Source: a virus
Strand: one strand, 5' to 3'
Length of the DNA stretch: 64,000 nt
Virus record (IMG/VR): IMGVR_UViG_3300050821_013910
Span: 1-64,000 of that record
This document shows positions 55,109-64,000 of the stretch, piece by piece; position 1 is the first letter of the stretch, and every line of letters begins with the position of its first letter. The position numbers were made by a program, and so were the translations under genes. Under the pieces are notes generated by a model, which did not search any database, was not told where the DNA came from, and worked only from the letters and a program-made list of their open reading frames with translations.

Positions 55109-55431
55109 TAGGATTGCTCCTTGCCGTCGGCCTTGTCGAGCGCGGCGCGAACCACATGCAGTGTGTGGCTATTTTCTTCCGGCCGCATTTTCATGCGATT
55201 CTGCTCAACGTGGTGACGCTCTATTTCCTTCAACGCCTCGTACATATCGGGCGCAGCAGCAATCAGACTCAAATCAGCTTTCTTCTGATCAAGTGGACGA
55301 TCAGCACGCCGAGGAACGCCGCAAACGGGGAGATTAGTACTGCTCCATATCTTAGCTCCATTGACTCCGTTTGGTTCGTTGTGGCGCGGCGCGACAATCT
55401 TCCAAGGCCCCGGTGTAAACTTGCTCATCAT
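55108..55431 (-). CDS. hypothetical phage protein
   Basis: SKFTPGPW...LIAAAPDMYEAL...AALDKA pattern common in phage early genes. Confidence 0.75.
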   Translation of the reverse strand: MMSKFTPGPWKIVAPRHNEPNGVNGAKIWSSTNLPVCGVPRRADRPLDQKKADLSLIAAAPDMYEALKEIERHHVEQNRMKMRPEENSHTLHVVRAALDKADGKEQS

Positions 55432-55470
55432 CCCTGCTCCCTCTCCCTAATCTCCCCCAGCATGAGAAGA

Positions 55471-55557
55471 ATTATGCGCCTGCCGCTTTCAGAATGCAAG
55501 CAAAAGTGGCTAACGTTAGGCAATATAGTTGACGCAAAAGGGAAACCGGCGTAACGT
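55471..55557. promoter_or_regulatory. divergent sigma70 promoter pair with two AACGTT palindromes
   Basis: + strand TTGACG-17-TAACGT (55529-55557); - strand TTGCAT-17-CATAAT (55499-55471); CTAACGTTAG at 55510-55519. Confidence 0.65.
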
Positions 55558-55563
55558 TTACCC

Positions 55564-55779
55564 ATGGCCCGATACAGCAGGGAACAAGTAACCGACATGC
55601 TCATCACGCGCAAGGGCGACAAGTCCCTCCGAGGGCTCGCTCGTGAGCTTGGCGTGTCGGCACCTTACTTGTCCGACATTTTTCTCGGAAGACGAGAACC
55701 CGGTCCCAAGATTCTGGTCGCGCTCAACCTTCGTAAGATCAAGACGGTGACCTATCAGTATGTGAGGAATGGCAAATGA
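55564..55779 (+). CDS. Cro/XRE-like HTH repressor
   Basis: SLRGLARELGVSAPYLSDIFLGRREPGPKIL. Confidence 0.85.
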   Translation: MARYSREQVTDMLITRKGDKSLRGLARELGVSAPYLSDIFLGRREPGPKILVALNLRKIKTVTYQYVRNGK

Positions 55780-56017
55780 CCCAAGCGCTGAGGCAGATGG
55801 GGAGGGCGACATGACCAACTGTGATGACGACGACCACATCCGCCGCCTCGAATCCCTGTCCGACGCCGAACTGGACGCCGAACTCCTCTCCTTCGGCATC
55901 GACCCCGACGAACTGAACCGCAAGATGCTCGCCCGGCTGCTGGAGGAGAGGCTGAAGGGTCACGACACGCCGATGCTCAACGAGGCCATCCGCCAGTTCG
56001 ACGAGGCGACGCGCTGA
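55769..56017 (+). CDS. small acidic protein
   Basis: LSDAELDAELLSFGIDPD. Confidence 0.6.
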   Translation: MANDPSAEADGEGDMTNCDDDDHIRRLESLSDAELDAELLSFGIDPDELNRKMLARLLEERLKGHDTPMLNEAIRQFDEATR

Positions 56018-56040
56018 GATGGGCCGTCGGCTCGCTCAGG

Positions 56041-59000
56041 TTACCCGGCATGTGCGACCTCCTCCACCCGCTCCTCCACCTGAGCCAGCGCCGGAACCTC
56101 TCGCATCTCGCCCCAGTTCTTCCCCACCGCGCAATCAACTCCTATCCACAATCCCTCCGGAGCAGCCGGGCCGATCAGGACCTTGCTGGGAGATTCGAGG
56201 ATCGGACGGACTCTGACCAGCATCTCCTCCAGCAACCGCTCGTCGAAATGAAAAACGCAGCTATCGTGAATGTTGTCACAAAGTCCGTAGCGCTCGGCCA
56301 GTCCTGCCCTATCCAATTCCTTCAACTTCTCTCGGATATGCCCGAACGCGATATTGCTCAGCCAGAAACTGATCGCCTCCTCGCCCTGATCCCCGTGCCC
56401 CCACTCCGACTTCCTCCCGTCCCACCTGAACACCTCGTAGTAGTGGCGCAAGTGTCCAAATTCAGTCTGCAAGAAAGTCTGCTCGTGGGCACGCTGCTGG
56501 ACCCACCGCTGCCAAGCGAACACCTTCGGGAAGACCTCCTCGTAGGCGGCCAGGATCGCCTTGGCCTCGGCCACCCCGGAGAAGAATTCCATGTACCTGT
56601 CGTATAACCCGTTTGCTTTCAATCCGTTACCTATACCTAAGCCCGCATGTTTAATCTTGCTGTCCCGGATGTCCTTGTACTTGTCGTTCGACTTCAGCCA
56701 TTTGCATCGGGCCTTCAGTTCCGCATCCGACTCCTTTAGAATCTCCTGCACGCGCCACAGCTTCAGGAAGTGCCCAGTCATAATGCTGTGCATGTCGATC
56801 CGGGCGAGACGGATGTAGTTAGGGTCGTTGGCGAGGTATCCCAGGGTCAGCACATGGCAGGACTTGAAATCCCACTCGGCCAGCAGCATCCCAGGTTCCG
56901 CTACAACCATCTCGCGCACGGCCTTCGCCAGCCGACCATGCTTAGGGAAGTTCTGGATGTTGGGATTCCTACTGCTCAACTGTCCAATCGCCGTCGCAAA
57001 GGTGAAAGTAGTATGCACCCTTCCGTCCGCGTGCGGCCTGAACCCCTCCACATAAGTCCCCTTGGCCTTCCTGATCTCGCGGCACTCGATCACCTTCAGA
57101 TAGAACGTATCCTTCCACCTCGCCGACAGCCTGATCAACTCCTTCTTGCCAGTGGTCTTCTTGCCGTCCTTGCTCTCGGGAATCTTGTGGCGCCGGGCGG
57201 TCATGTAAGCCATCAGTTGAGGAGAGGAATTGGGCGAGAACTCGTACACCCGACACCACTGCTGGGAGGCTCCCATCTCCCCCGCCGACGACTTCACCAA
57301 CTTCTTGCCTGACTCGTTCGGGACCAGCCACAGCCGGTCGAAGTAGTACCACTCGCCCGGTTCCTCCTCGCCCTCGTCGTTCTTGGTTGAGGCCTCCTGG
57401 AACCGACGCTGGCGGATGGCAGTCAATTCCTCCTCCGTGACCCCGACCCACCTCGCCGCCAGCGCCTCCCTCCTCAGCTTCTCCCTCGCGCCTTTCCCGA
57501 GCGGCTTCCCTTTCTCATTGACCAGATCGTCCGGAGGCATCTCGGTCGGCCTCACTTCCTCCAGCATCTCCCTCACCTGCTCGGGGACCGTCTTATAGGG
57601 ATGGATCTTTCTCGCCGCGTCCGGGAACCTCGCGTCCAGCTCCACCCTGGCCTCCTTCTCGGCTCGGTCGAACTCGACTCCCAGTTCCAGCCTCTTCTTA
57701 TCGTCGATCGGCAGGCCCCGGTCTTCCATCGCCGCGAGGATCGGCCGGACCATCTCCACCTGCGCGACGTACCCGGCTGCCTGTCTGCCGGCAACCGGGT
57801 CCCACCAGATCTTCCGATCCTCCATCGTCTTCCTGGTCGTCTGGTAGACCCGCAGCGCCGCGTCCGTGTCCACGATCCCGTAGAACTCCAGGCATTCCTC
57901 GTTGTAGTGCTTCCAGGGGAAGGGGAACGACGAGAACGAGGCCGAGAACTGGAGGTGGGCGGGGAGGTCGGGCTGCGCGAAGTGATGCTGCTGGAGGGTA
58001 TCGTGGATCGTTCCGGCGTAGTCAAGGTAATCTGGATTGCCGAAGTCTCTCTCACCTACAGCGCGAAGAACCTTCCTGTCAAACAACCAGCAGTTGCTGA
58101 CGAGACCTGCCCGTGTAAAGAACGAATGCGTGTCTTCAACAGTAATGCAATATTTGTCACGTTGCGAATACTGCTTCGGAGAAGCCAGCCGTACGCTATC
58201 CACCCATCCAAGTTGAGGCACTGGATACTCGATCCACCCGTTGTACTTCCCTCGGTATGATTCAGGCAGTTTGTATTCTACACAAGGATGCAGAAACCTA
58301 CATATTGCCTCAAAGAACTTTTTTGAAGCGCCAACTCCCAGAGCCAGCACTGCCTTGTTTTGAATTGAACACCTACCTTGGAATCTATCCTCGAACCACT
58401 TCTTAATCTGGTCGTAAGTTTCTGGCGCGAAACCATGGAGACAGACACGAGCAGTTTTGTTCTTTCTCTGTTTACTGGCCAGGAATCCATCGTCACCATA
58501 AAAGACAGCTAAGGCACGGTTCGATAGCGAAGGAAATATTCCATATGGAACACCGCACCCTGCGAACACTTTCTGCCTTCCTTCATAAAACACACTCCTC
58601 CAGCGGCGTGGCACGTAACACTGAGCCATCCAAGCTACTTCCTCGTTCTGAGTTAACGTGCTGAACGTGATCTGCTGGCTTAGCTTCGTTCCAAAGGCAG
58701 TAGCCTTCGCTTGTGCCCATGCCTTGTTCGTGTGAGCTACCTTTAGCACACCACGTGGAGATACGTAGCCATCTCCCAACAACGTTCCTATGATCAGATC
58801 AGGGTGACCTGTTCTTGGAATGGGTACTTGGTCTCCGGGCTGCAACTGATTAGCCTTGGTCTTGGTGCCGTCGTACAAGAACCACTCATGATCCGGCGTG
58901 CATATCACGCCCGGATTTCCCCACCGTCCCACCCCTCGGTTGTAGGCACCATCAACCTTGACTTCCAGCCAGCCACGATCATCCTTAGTGTGTAAGGTTC

Positions 59001-60216
59001 CACAAACCTTGGACTCTACAACCTGACCTAGCTTAAGAGACTTAACCTTCTCTCCATCCGTTACTTTCCAGATTGGCTTCCATGTACCATCAGCCATCCA
59101 CACTGATGTGTTTTGGGCGAAGCAATTATGCCCGCACTTCGGGAGAGGCAATTTATTCAACCACCTGGTCGCCGCAATCCCGTCCTGGTCCCACTGCAGG
59201 GCCACGCCCTGCCCCGGATCGATCGAGAATTGACTGAGCCGGACCTGAGTGTCAGTGAACCCGTCGGTCGCGTCCTCATCTAGGGAGGCCGACTCGAAGG
59301 TCTCGATGTCGTGCGAGAGACACAGGTAGGAGGCGGCGCGAGCGTCGGGGGAGAGGGCCAGCCAGGCGTCGCTGCGAGCCTTCACATCCCGGCAGAACCG
59401 GTCCAGGTCGCGGCGGGTCGGGTGGAGCTGGTAGCGGAGGTTGTGGCGCTGGAGCCAGGCGGCGAGGTCGGATTGGATCTGCTGCTTCCGGCGCTGCTCC
59501 CAGTCGGCATACCCCGAGTCCCAAGGGTCGGGGTTGGTCAGCGGGTCGTAGGGCTGGCCGACTCCCCTCAGCGCCAGGTCGGGCAGGTCCAGGATGAAGT
59601 TGGTGTCCCGCCCTGCCGCCACATTCACCGCCCGCGCGATATCCCTGGCCAGCACTCCGGTCAGGTGAATCGCGCCACCGCGGAGGAAGCTGGGGTGGTA
59701 GGTCGGGAGGACAAGGAGAGGGTCGGAGTCGTGGTCGCGGCCAGCGGCGGCGCAGAATTGCGGGAGAGCGCGCAGGACGTAGCCGCGGAGGTGCGATATA
59801 GTTTTTTGCGTTCCCGACATTCCAGTCAAGGTCCGCAGCGCAACATTCCCGAAAGCCAGCAGCACCTTCGGCCGGAACTTTCTCAGCGCGTCCAGCAGGT
59901 TCCCTTCGCAGTGCTGGATCGCTTCGTATTCATAAGACTGACCTTCGAGCAAATTTTGGGGCGGACGGCAGCGCAACACGTTCGTAACTGAGAAGCTATC
60001 CCGCCCCAGTCCTAACCTTCTGATAGTCCGTTCAAAGATCGCGCCGGATGGCATATAAGGGCGCAGAGGAAGTTCGTCCCGAGCTTCTCCCTCGCCGCTG
60101 GCTTCGGCGATGCACATGACCTTGTTATGACCGGAACCCTCGACGGCAGAGAAGTCGGTGCCACAGTTGACCAGGGGACAGCCTGCACAGGATGGGGGCC
60201 GCGTACGACTTACCAT
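56041..60216 (-). CDS. family A DNA polymerase fused to N-terminal family-4 UDG-like domain, intein-containing
   Basis: CAGCPL..AEASG..TNVLRCRPP..YHPS; HDIET, GHN..FD, YGIVD exonuclease motifs; GQLSSRNPNIQNFP, WDFKSCH, KHAGLGIGNG, IHDS. Confidence 0.92.
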   Translation of the reverse strand: MVSRTRPPSCAGCPLVNCGTDFSAVEGSGHNKVMCIAEASGEGEARDELPLRPYMPSGAIFERTIRRLGLGRDSFSVTNVLRCRPPQNLLEGQSYEYEAIQHCEGNLLDALRKFRPKVLLAFGNVALRTLTGMSGTQKTISHLRGYVLRALPQFCAAAGRDHDSDPLLVLPTYHPSFLRGGAIHLTGVLARDIARAVNVAAGRDTNFILDLPDLALRGVGQPYDPLTNPDPWDSGYADWEQRRKQQIQSDLAAWLQRHNLRYQLHPTRRDLDRFCRDVKARSDAWLALSPDARAASYLCLSHDIETFESASLDEDATDGFTDTQVRLSQFSIDPGQGVALQWDQDGIAATRWLNKLPLPKCGHNCFAQNTSVWMADGTWKPIWKVTDGEKVKSLKLGQVVESKVCGTLHTKDDRGWLEVKVDGAYNRGVGRWGNPGVICTPDHEWFLYDGTKTKANQLQPGDQVPIPRTGHPDLIIGTLLGDGYVSPRGVLKVAHTNKAWAQAKATAFGTKLSQQITFSTLTQNEEVAWMAQCYVPRRWRSVFYEGRQKVFAGCGVPYGIFPSLSNRALAVFYGDDGFLASKQRKNKTARVCLHGFAPETYDQIKKWFEDRFQGRCSIQNKAVLALGVGASKKFFEAICRFLHPCVEYKLPESYRGKYNGWIEYPVPQLGWVDSVRLASPKQYSQRDKYCITVEDTHSFFTRAGLVSNCWLFDRKVLRAVGERDFGNPDYLDYAGTIHDTLQQHHFAQPDLPAHLQFSASFSSFPFPWKHYNEECLEFYGIVDTDAALRVYQTTRKTMEDRKIWWDPVAGRQAAGYVAQVEMVRPILAAMEDRGLPIDDKKRLELGVEFDRAEKEARVELDARFPDAARKIHPYKTVPEQVREMLEEVRPTEMPPDDLVNEKGKPLGKGAREKLRREALAARWVGVTEEELTAIRQRRFQEASTKNDEGEEEPGEWYYFDRLWLVPNESGKKLVKSSAGEMGASQQWCRVYEFSPNSSPQLMAYMTARRHKIPESKDGKKTTGKKELIRLSARWKDTFYLKVIECREIRKAKGTYVEGFRPHADGRVHTTFTFATAIGQLSSRNPNIQNFPKHGRLAKAVREMVVAEPGMLLAEWDFKSCHVLTLGYLANDPNYIRLARIDMHSIMTGHFLKLWRVQEILKESDAELKARCKWLKSNDKYKDIRDSKIKHAGLGIGNGLKANGLYDRYMEFFSGVAEAKAILAAYEEVFPKVFAWQRWVQQRAHEQTFLQTEFGHLRHYYEVFRWDGRKSEWGHGDQGEEAISFWLSNIAFGHIREKLKELDRAGLAERYGLCDNIHDSCVFHFDERLLEEMLVRVRPILESPSKVLIGPAAPEGLWIGVDCAVGKNWGEMREVPALAQVEERVEEVAHAG
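58093..59124 (-). mobile_element. 344-aa intein with LAGLIDADG endonuclease
   Basis: GHN|CFAQNTSVWMADG, CTPDHEW, IGTLLGDG, AVFYGDDG, YCITVEDTHSFF..LVSN|C; low GC. Confidence 0.92.
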
Positions 60217-60217
60217 G

Positions 60218-61795
60218 CTATAGCCACCTTGCAACTTTAGGATCGCTCTTGCACCGATCCGCGAACAACTCTGCCGTCCCGACCAGCCTCAATCCTGCCA
60301 GCGTCCGGCACCTACTCAGCGACGTGTAGACCATGGCCGGAGACTTCATCATCCAGCTCCTCAAGTCAACCTGACAGGCATCCATGGTCAGCCCCTGGGC
60401 TTTGTGCAGAGTGGTCGCGTAGGAGAGGCGCAGCGGATAGTATTCCAGCTGGCCGACCACGTAGCGCTGCTTGCTCTTTCGATAATGGGGCTGAGGAAGG
60501 AATCTGCCGTCTGAATCCTTCCCCTGTTCCTCCCACTCCACTCCACCGGCCCAGTTCGGTTTGTCCAAGTAAGCGATATCCCGGATCAGGCTCCTGACCG
60601 CCACGACCTCGCCCGTCCTGACCAACTCGACCATAATGCTCGGCGGCGACCCGGGTGCCGACTCGATCCCCCGCACCCACCCGCAGTCCCCATTCGCGTA
60701 GACCATCCTCCCCTCGTCGTACTGGTTGGCGAGGATCATCACGTAGCAGCCTTCGCGAAGGATGGTCCGCTCGGGCACGTGCTTCCACTCTGGTCTGATC
60801 TTGCCACCGGCGGCCCAGCGACGTGACGGCAGGGAGATCAACCTTCCCCTTTCCCGGTCCAACCGAAGCTGGTTGATCCGGTCCACCTCGTCGTTCTTCC
60901 CCACCACGGTCGTCCCTTTGAACTGCATATCGACCGAATCGGCGAACGCCATCCCCGCCGACCTGAGCACCGCCAGCGCATCCCTCCCCCGCCCTGCCCG
61001 AGCGAAATCCAAGGCCGCCAGAAACCTCGGGTCGGCTTGCCTCCATACCTTGGTCAGCTTGGTCTCGTTGGCGCCGAACCTGGCCTCCCAGAACTGGCTC
61101 TCGAAGCACCAAGGCGTCGGCAGTCTCTTACCTCGTCTCCCTGGCGTAGGCTGATACTCAGGCGGTCTATCGGCGATTGACGCGAGCTGACCAAAATCAC
61201 CCAGCAGTATCAGCCCCACCGGCTTCTCGCCCTTTTCCTCCCGGTGCAGGTTCACGTCGTCGAACACGCGGACCAAGAGGTCCAGGGTCTCGCGGCCGAT
61301 CATCGAGCACTCGTCGATGGCCACATTGCGGAATCCCTCGTCGGCCACCTTGCGCAGGCGGCGTTGGGCTGATCCGTGCAGGTAGGCATCTCGTAGAGAG
61401 TCAGTATCGAAGAATCCGAGGAGAGAATGAATGGTGACCGTGTTCAGGTTGATTGCAGATATCCCTGTTGATGATGACAGCGCGGCATAACTCGGATCAC
61501 CTGCGCAGCGCTCGCGAATCGCGGTCGTTTTACCGGTGCCTGCGCGGCCAGTTATAAACGCGCACGGAGTGGGTGCGTCGGGGGAGAACTGGCCTCGGGC
61601 TGCATCAGGTACCAGTCCGGCGGCTTCTTCCAGTCCGGCTTCGTCCACTCCCTGCCCGCGCTGGAAATGCCCAGTCGAGAGTTCGATCTGGTCGAGGAAG
61701 GCGTCGGGGGGGAGGGGAGGGGACGCAGAGGAGGGGACAGAGGGATCAACGGGTGCGGTGGAGGCAGGATCAGCAACCGGAATCTCTTCGGCCAC
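60218..61795 (-). CDS. PIF1/RecD-like SF1B helicase
   Basis: ITGRAGTGKT, TIHS, IDECSM, GDFGQL, LTKVWRQAD, NGDCG, PLRLSYATTLHKAQGLT, YTSLSR. Confidence 0.92.
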   Translation of the reverse strand: MAEEIPVADPASTAPVDPSVPSSASPPLPPDAFLDQIELSTGHFQRGQGVDEAGLEEAAGLVPDAARGQFSPDAPTPCAFITGRAGTGKTTAIRERCAGDPSYAALSSSTGISAINLNTVTIHSLLGFFDTDSLRDAYLHGSAQRRLRKVADEGFRNVAIDECSMIGRETLDLLVRVFDDVNLHREEKGEKPVGLILLGDFGQLASIADRPPEYQPTPGRRGKRLPTPWCFESQFWEARFGANETKLTKVWRQADPRFLAALDFARAGRGRDALAVLRSAGMAFADSVDMQFKGTTVVGKNDEVDRINQLRLDRERGRLISLPSRRWAAGGKIRPEWKHVPERTILREGCYVMILANQYDEGRMVYANGDCGWVRGIESAPGSPPSIMVELVRTGEVVAVRSLIRDIAYLDKPNWAGGVEWEEQGKDSDGRFLPQPHYRKSKQRYVVGQLEYYPLRLSYATTLHKAQGLTMDACQVDLRSWMMKSPAMVYTSLSRCRTLAGLRLVGTAELFADRCKSDPKVARWL

Positions 61796-61796
61796 G

Positions 61797-62042
61797 CTAC
61801 CTTCCCTCCATCCATCTCGCCTTGGCCGCGGGAGTAGGATGAATCCGGCCAGCCGCAGCCATCATCTCCGCCGCCTCCTCCAGCCGGTCCTTCTGCTCGG
61901 AGGTCAGAGCTAGGTCGGCGATCTCCTGCCTCTGTTCCCTGACCTGAGTCTCCAGCTGACTGACTTCCTCTTCCAGATCGTTGATCCGGTCGATCAGTTC
62001 CTCGCGCGTGGTCAGGTCGGTGATGCGGAATAGGTCGAGCAT
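61797..62042 (-). CDS. coiled-coil hypothetical protein
   Basis: AGGAGG RBS. Confidence 0.65.
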   Translation of the reverse strand: MLDLFRITDLTTREELIDRINDLEEEVSQLETQVREQRQEIADLALTSEQKDRLEEAAEMMAAAGRIHPTPAAKARWMEGR

Positions 62043-62056
62043 GGTTAGTCCTCCTG

Positions 62057-62302
62057 CTACTGGAACTTTTCAAATAAGTCGCGAAGCCAAAATAATTGCG
62101 AGGGGGTGATGTTGAGTTGCCCGCCGAGGTCCATCTCCATCCACTTCGCCGCGATAAACCGCCTCGCCTCCCCGGTCAGCTTCCTCTCCAACTCTTCCTC
62201 CGACTCCTCCCGCAGGAGGGTCAGCAGGCGGCGGGCCTCGGCGGCCCGCTCGGCGGCGGAGAGGGTGGTGGACTGGGAGGGGGTGGGGTTGTTATAACTC
62301 AT
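62057..62302 (-). CDS. hypothetical protein
   Basis: ATGA coupling; ITPSQLFWLRDL. Confidence 0.65.
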   Translation of the reverse strand: MSYNNPTPSQSTTLSAAERAAEARRLLTLLREESEEELERKLTGEARRFIAAKWMEMDLGGQLNITPSQLFWLRDLFEKFQ

Positions 62303-62583
62303 CGGACCACCTGCAGGAATCTTCTCTCGATCAAGGTCTTCTCCATCGGGTCCTTCAAGTCGCTGTACCCACACTCAAACATCTCCCGCGTGATCGAGTC
62401 CAGCAACTCGCCGTACTTGTCATCTCCATCCAACTCAACCCAGAGGTTGTCGATGGCGGCCTGTTCCGTTGCGCCGTAGCCGTAGACTTGTTCCTCTTCG
62501 TGGCCGTCCAAGTAGGCGGTCCAGTCGAACTGAGTAGTCGGAACGGGAGGGCGGTCGTTGGTGGTTATGATCTTAGTGGTCAT
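62299..62583 (-). CDS. hypothetical phage protein
   Basis: PPVPTTQFDWTA..GYGATEQAAI. Confidence 0.7.
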   Translation of the reverse strand: MTTKIITTNDRPPVPTTQFDWTAYLDGHEEEQVYGYGATEQAAIDNLWVELDGDDKYGELLDSITREMFECGYSDLKDPMEKTLIERRFLQVVR

Positions 62584-62837
62584 CGGGCTTGCTCCCTCTC
62601 CTGTTCTTGCTCCATCGCCTTCTTCAGTTCATTGAACTCCTGCATGTTGAACAGCAGCAGCAACGCGTTTGTCTTACCGGACGAGATATCGAAACACACG
62701 TTCCCCGGCACCCCCACGCTGACTACTGTGCCCTTCTTGGCCGAGTAGTTCATCTCGGTGATAGTCGAGCAGAGTTGGATGGACTTGTTTTCCTCTCCCA
62801 TCCGCTTGAGAACGTCGAAGTTGTTGATCGCCGCCAT
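62580..62837 (-). CDS. hypothetical protein
   Basis: coupled ORF. Confidence 0.65.
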   Translation of the reverse strand: MAAINNFDVLKRMGEENKSIQLCSTITEMNYSAKKGTVVSVGVPGNVCFDISSGKTNALLLLFNMQEFNELKKAMEQEQEREQAR

Positions 62838-62916
62838 GCTGCTATCCCTTTCCGAGGGAGAGAGTAGCCATCGTTGTGTAGACCTATTAACTCTCCCCCT
62901 CGTCGGACCCTATCGG

Positions 62917-63732
62917 CTACCTCGCCTTCGGCCCGTACTCCACTCCGCTCGCCTTCCCGCTCCCGACCGCGAAATACCCATTGATCCTGGGCCGGGCATG
63001 GAGATGGACCTTCCCCAGCTTGGTATCGACGTCCATGTCCGGGATCGGCTGGCCCTTGGAGTCCTGCGGGAAGCGATGTTGTCCGAGTACGCGGGGAAGG
63101 CGCTCCCCCGCCGACTCGAACCTCTCCTGGTCCGCCTGGTCCGGGCTGCCCTCCCACACGGTATCGACCTCCAGCTTCGGTTCCCCGGCCGTGGCCTTGA
63201 AGAACTCGTCGAGGAGGGTCCTCGCCGTTATCCGCGCTGGCAACTGGACCTTCAACTGGGCCAGAATCCAGGCCAGCGGGATCGCCCCGCCCTTGCGCGA
63301 GTCGGCGCGGGTCGAGACAAAGTAATCGGTCAGGCTGATCCCGTCCCACTTGCCACTCGGATCAATCACGGTCGCATCCAAGGCGGTGAACGCATAAGCC
63401 TGACCCGACTTGTCGGTGGCCACCTTGTACCGCGCCGGCTGGCCGTCCTGACCCTTGACGTCCCTCTGTTTGACCTTCACGAGCCAGCGACCTTCGGGGA
63501 GCGGCGGGGGGGCGGCATACGGGTCCACATCGGCGTGGGTGTCCATCTCCTGGTTCAGCAGGTTAGGATCGTCGAGGTTGAGGACGGGGATGGAGGAGGG
63601 GTCGAGGGCGCCATTGGAGGCCGCGACGCCGTTCGCCGCGCCGCCCCCGTTCGGTTCGTCCATGTAAATGGGTTGCGCAAAATCGTCCGCTGCTGCCGTT
63701 GCCGCCGGCTGACCGGGTATCGTGGTTGCCAT
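62917..63732 (-). CDS. putative ssDNA-binding / replication accessory protein
   Basis: AAGGAG RBS; PLPEGRWLVKV.. OB-fold-like pattern; replication module position. Confidence 0.5.
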   Translation of the reverse strand: MATTIPGQPAATAAADDFAQPIYMDEPNGGGAANGVAASNGALDPSSIPVLNLDDPNLLNQEMDTHADVDPYAAPPPLPEGRWLVKVKQRDVKGQDGQPARYKVATDKSGQAYAFTALDATVIDPSGKWDGISLTDYFVSTRADSRKGGAIPLAWILAQLKVQLPARITARTLLDEFFKATAGEPKLEVDTVWEGSPDQADQERFESAGERLPRVLGQHRFPQDSKGQPIPDMDVDTKLGKVHLHARPRINGYFAVGSGKASGVEYGPKAR

Positions 63733-63816
63733 AAGAATTGTTCTCCTTGGGCGGCCAGTCCGGTCGCCTTTGTTGGTTAGTTGGTATGGGTGATGATTGT
63801 AAGCGACGACAGCCAA

Positions 63817-64000
63817 CTATCGGTTGGACGCGTCGTATGCCGTCTGCTGCGCTGCGTACTGCGCGGCTGTCTGTGCGGGTTGCGCCGGTTGCGCCGCCTG
63901 CCCTATCGCCCCTCGTGCCGCCACCTGCCCCTGCCACACGTCCCGCAAGGTCCGCCGCAAGAACTGCGCCAGGGTCCGCTCGTCCTTCTCGGCCTCGGCG
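63817..64000 (-). CDS. partial CDS, RHH-like DNA-binding protein (5' end outside window)
   Basis: ..AEAEKDERTLAQFLRRTLRD.. Confidence 0.45.
   Translation of the reverse strand, partial: AEAEKDERTLAQFLRRTLRDVWQGQVAARGAIGQAAQPAQPAQTAAQYAAQQTAYDASNR

Noticed and set aside
1-64000. Alternative genetic code (TGA or TAG reassigned to Trp)
   Set aside because: TGA and TAG terminate many clear genes, often in ATGA/GTGA overlaps, and TGG is used normally.
1-64000. Integrase, att sites or host flanks
   Set aside because: None were recognised; temperate versus lytic lifestyle and host identity cannot be fixed from this window.

Overview
This is a 64 kb stretch of a high-GC tailed dsDNA phage or prophage. 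It looks podovirus-like: no tape measure or tail tube is recognisable, and a nozzle-like gene and ejection-protein-like genes follow the capsid. The + strand carries an HNH gene, a nine-enzyme sugar-nucleotide/glycosyltransferase cluster (1.3-8.8 kb), small hypotheticals, a 3'-5' exonuclease, a broken HNH-AP2 gene, terminase, portal, scaffold, major capsid, tail and ejection genes, three large fibre/spike-like genes, holin-like genes and an IS1595-family element. The - strand carries small early-type genes, DUF1643, a UDG-PolA fusion with a LAGLIDADG intein, a PIF1-like helicase and an SSB-like gene. A + strand Cro-like gene sits at a divergent promoter pair within this arm. The top finding is an inverted, self-contained operon between portal and scaffold (21.85-23.01 kb). 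It runs promoter, small RHH repressor, 5-nt-periodic GGN-NN array, lone RAMP/Cas7-like protein, second GGN-NN array, and is a candidate non-CRISPR RNA-guided system. Other notable points: all three fibre-like proteins carry Sec signal peptides; eight tiny Arg/Lys-tailed (protamine-like) ORFs flank the portal; terminase and portal appear to start at ACG and ATC; and PolA has an unusual His/Asn pair at the E710/Y766 positions. All calls come from motif reading by eye; no searches were run and the host is not determinable here.
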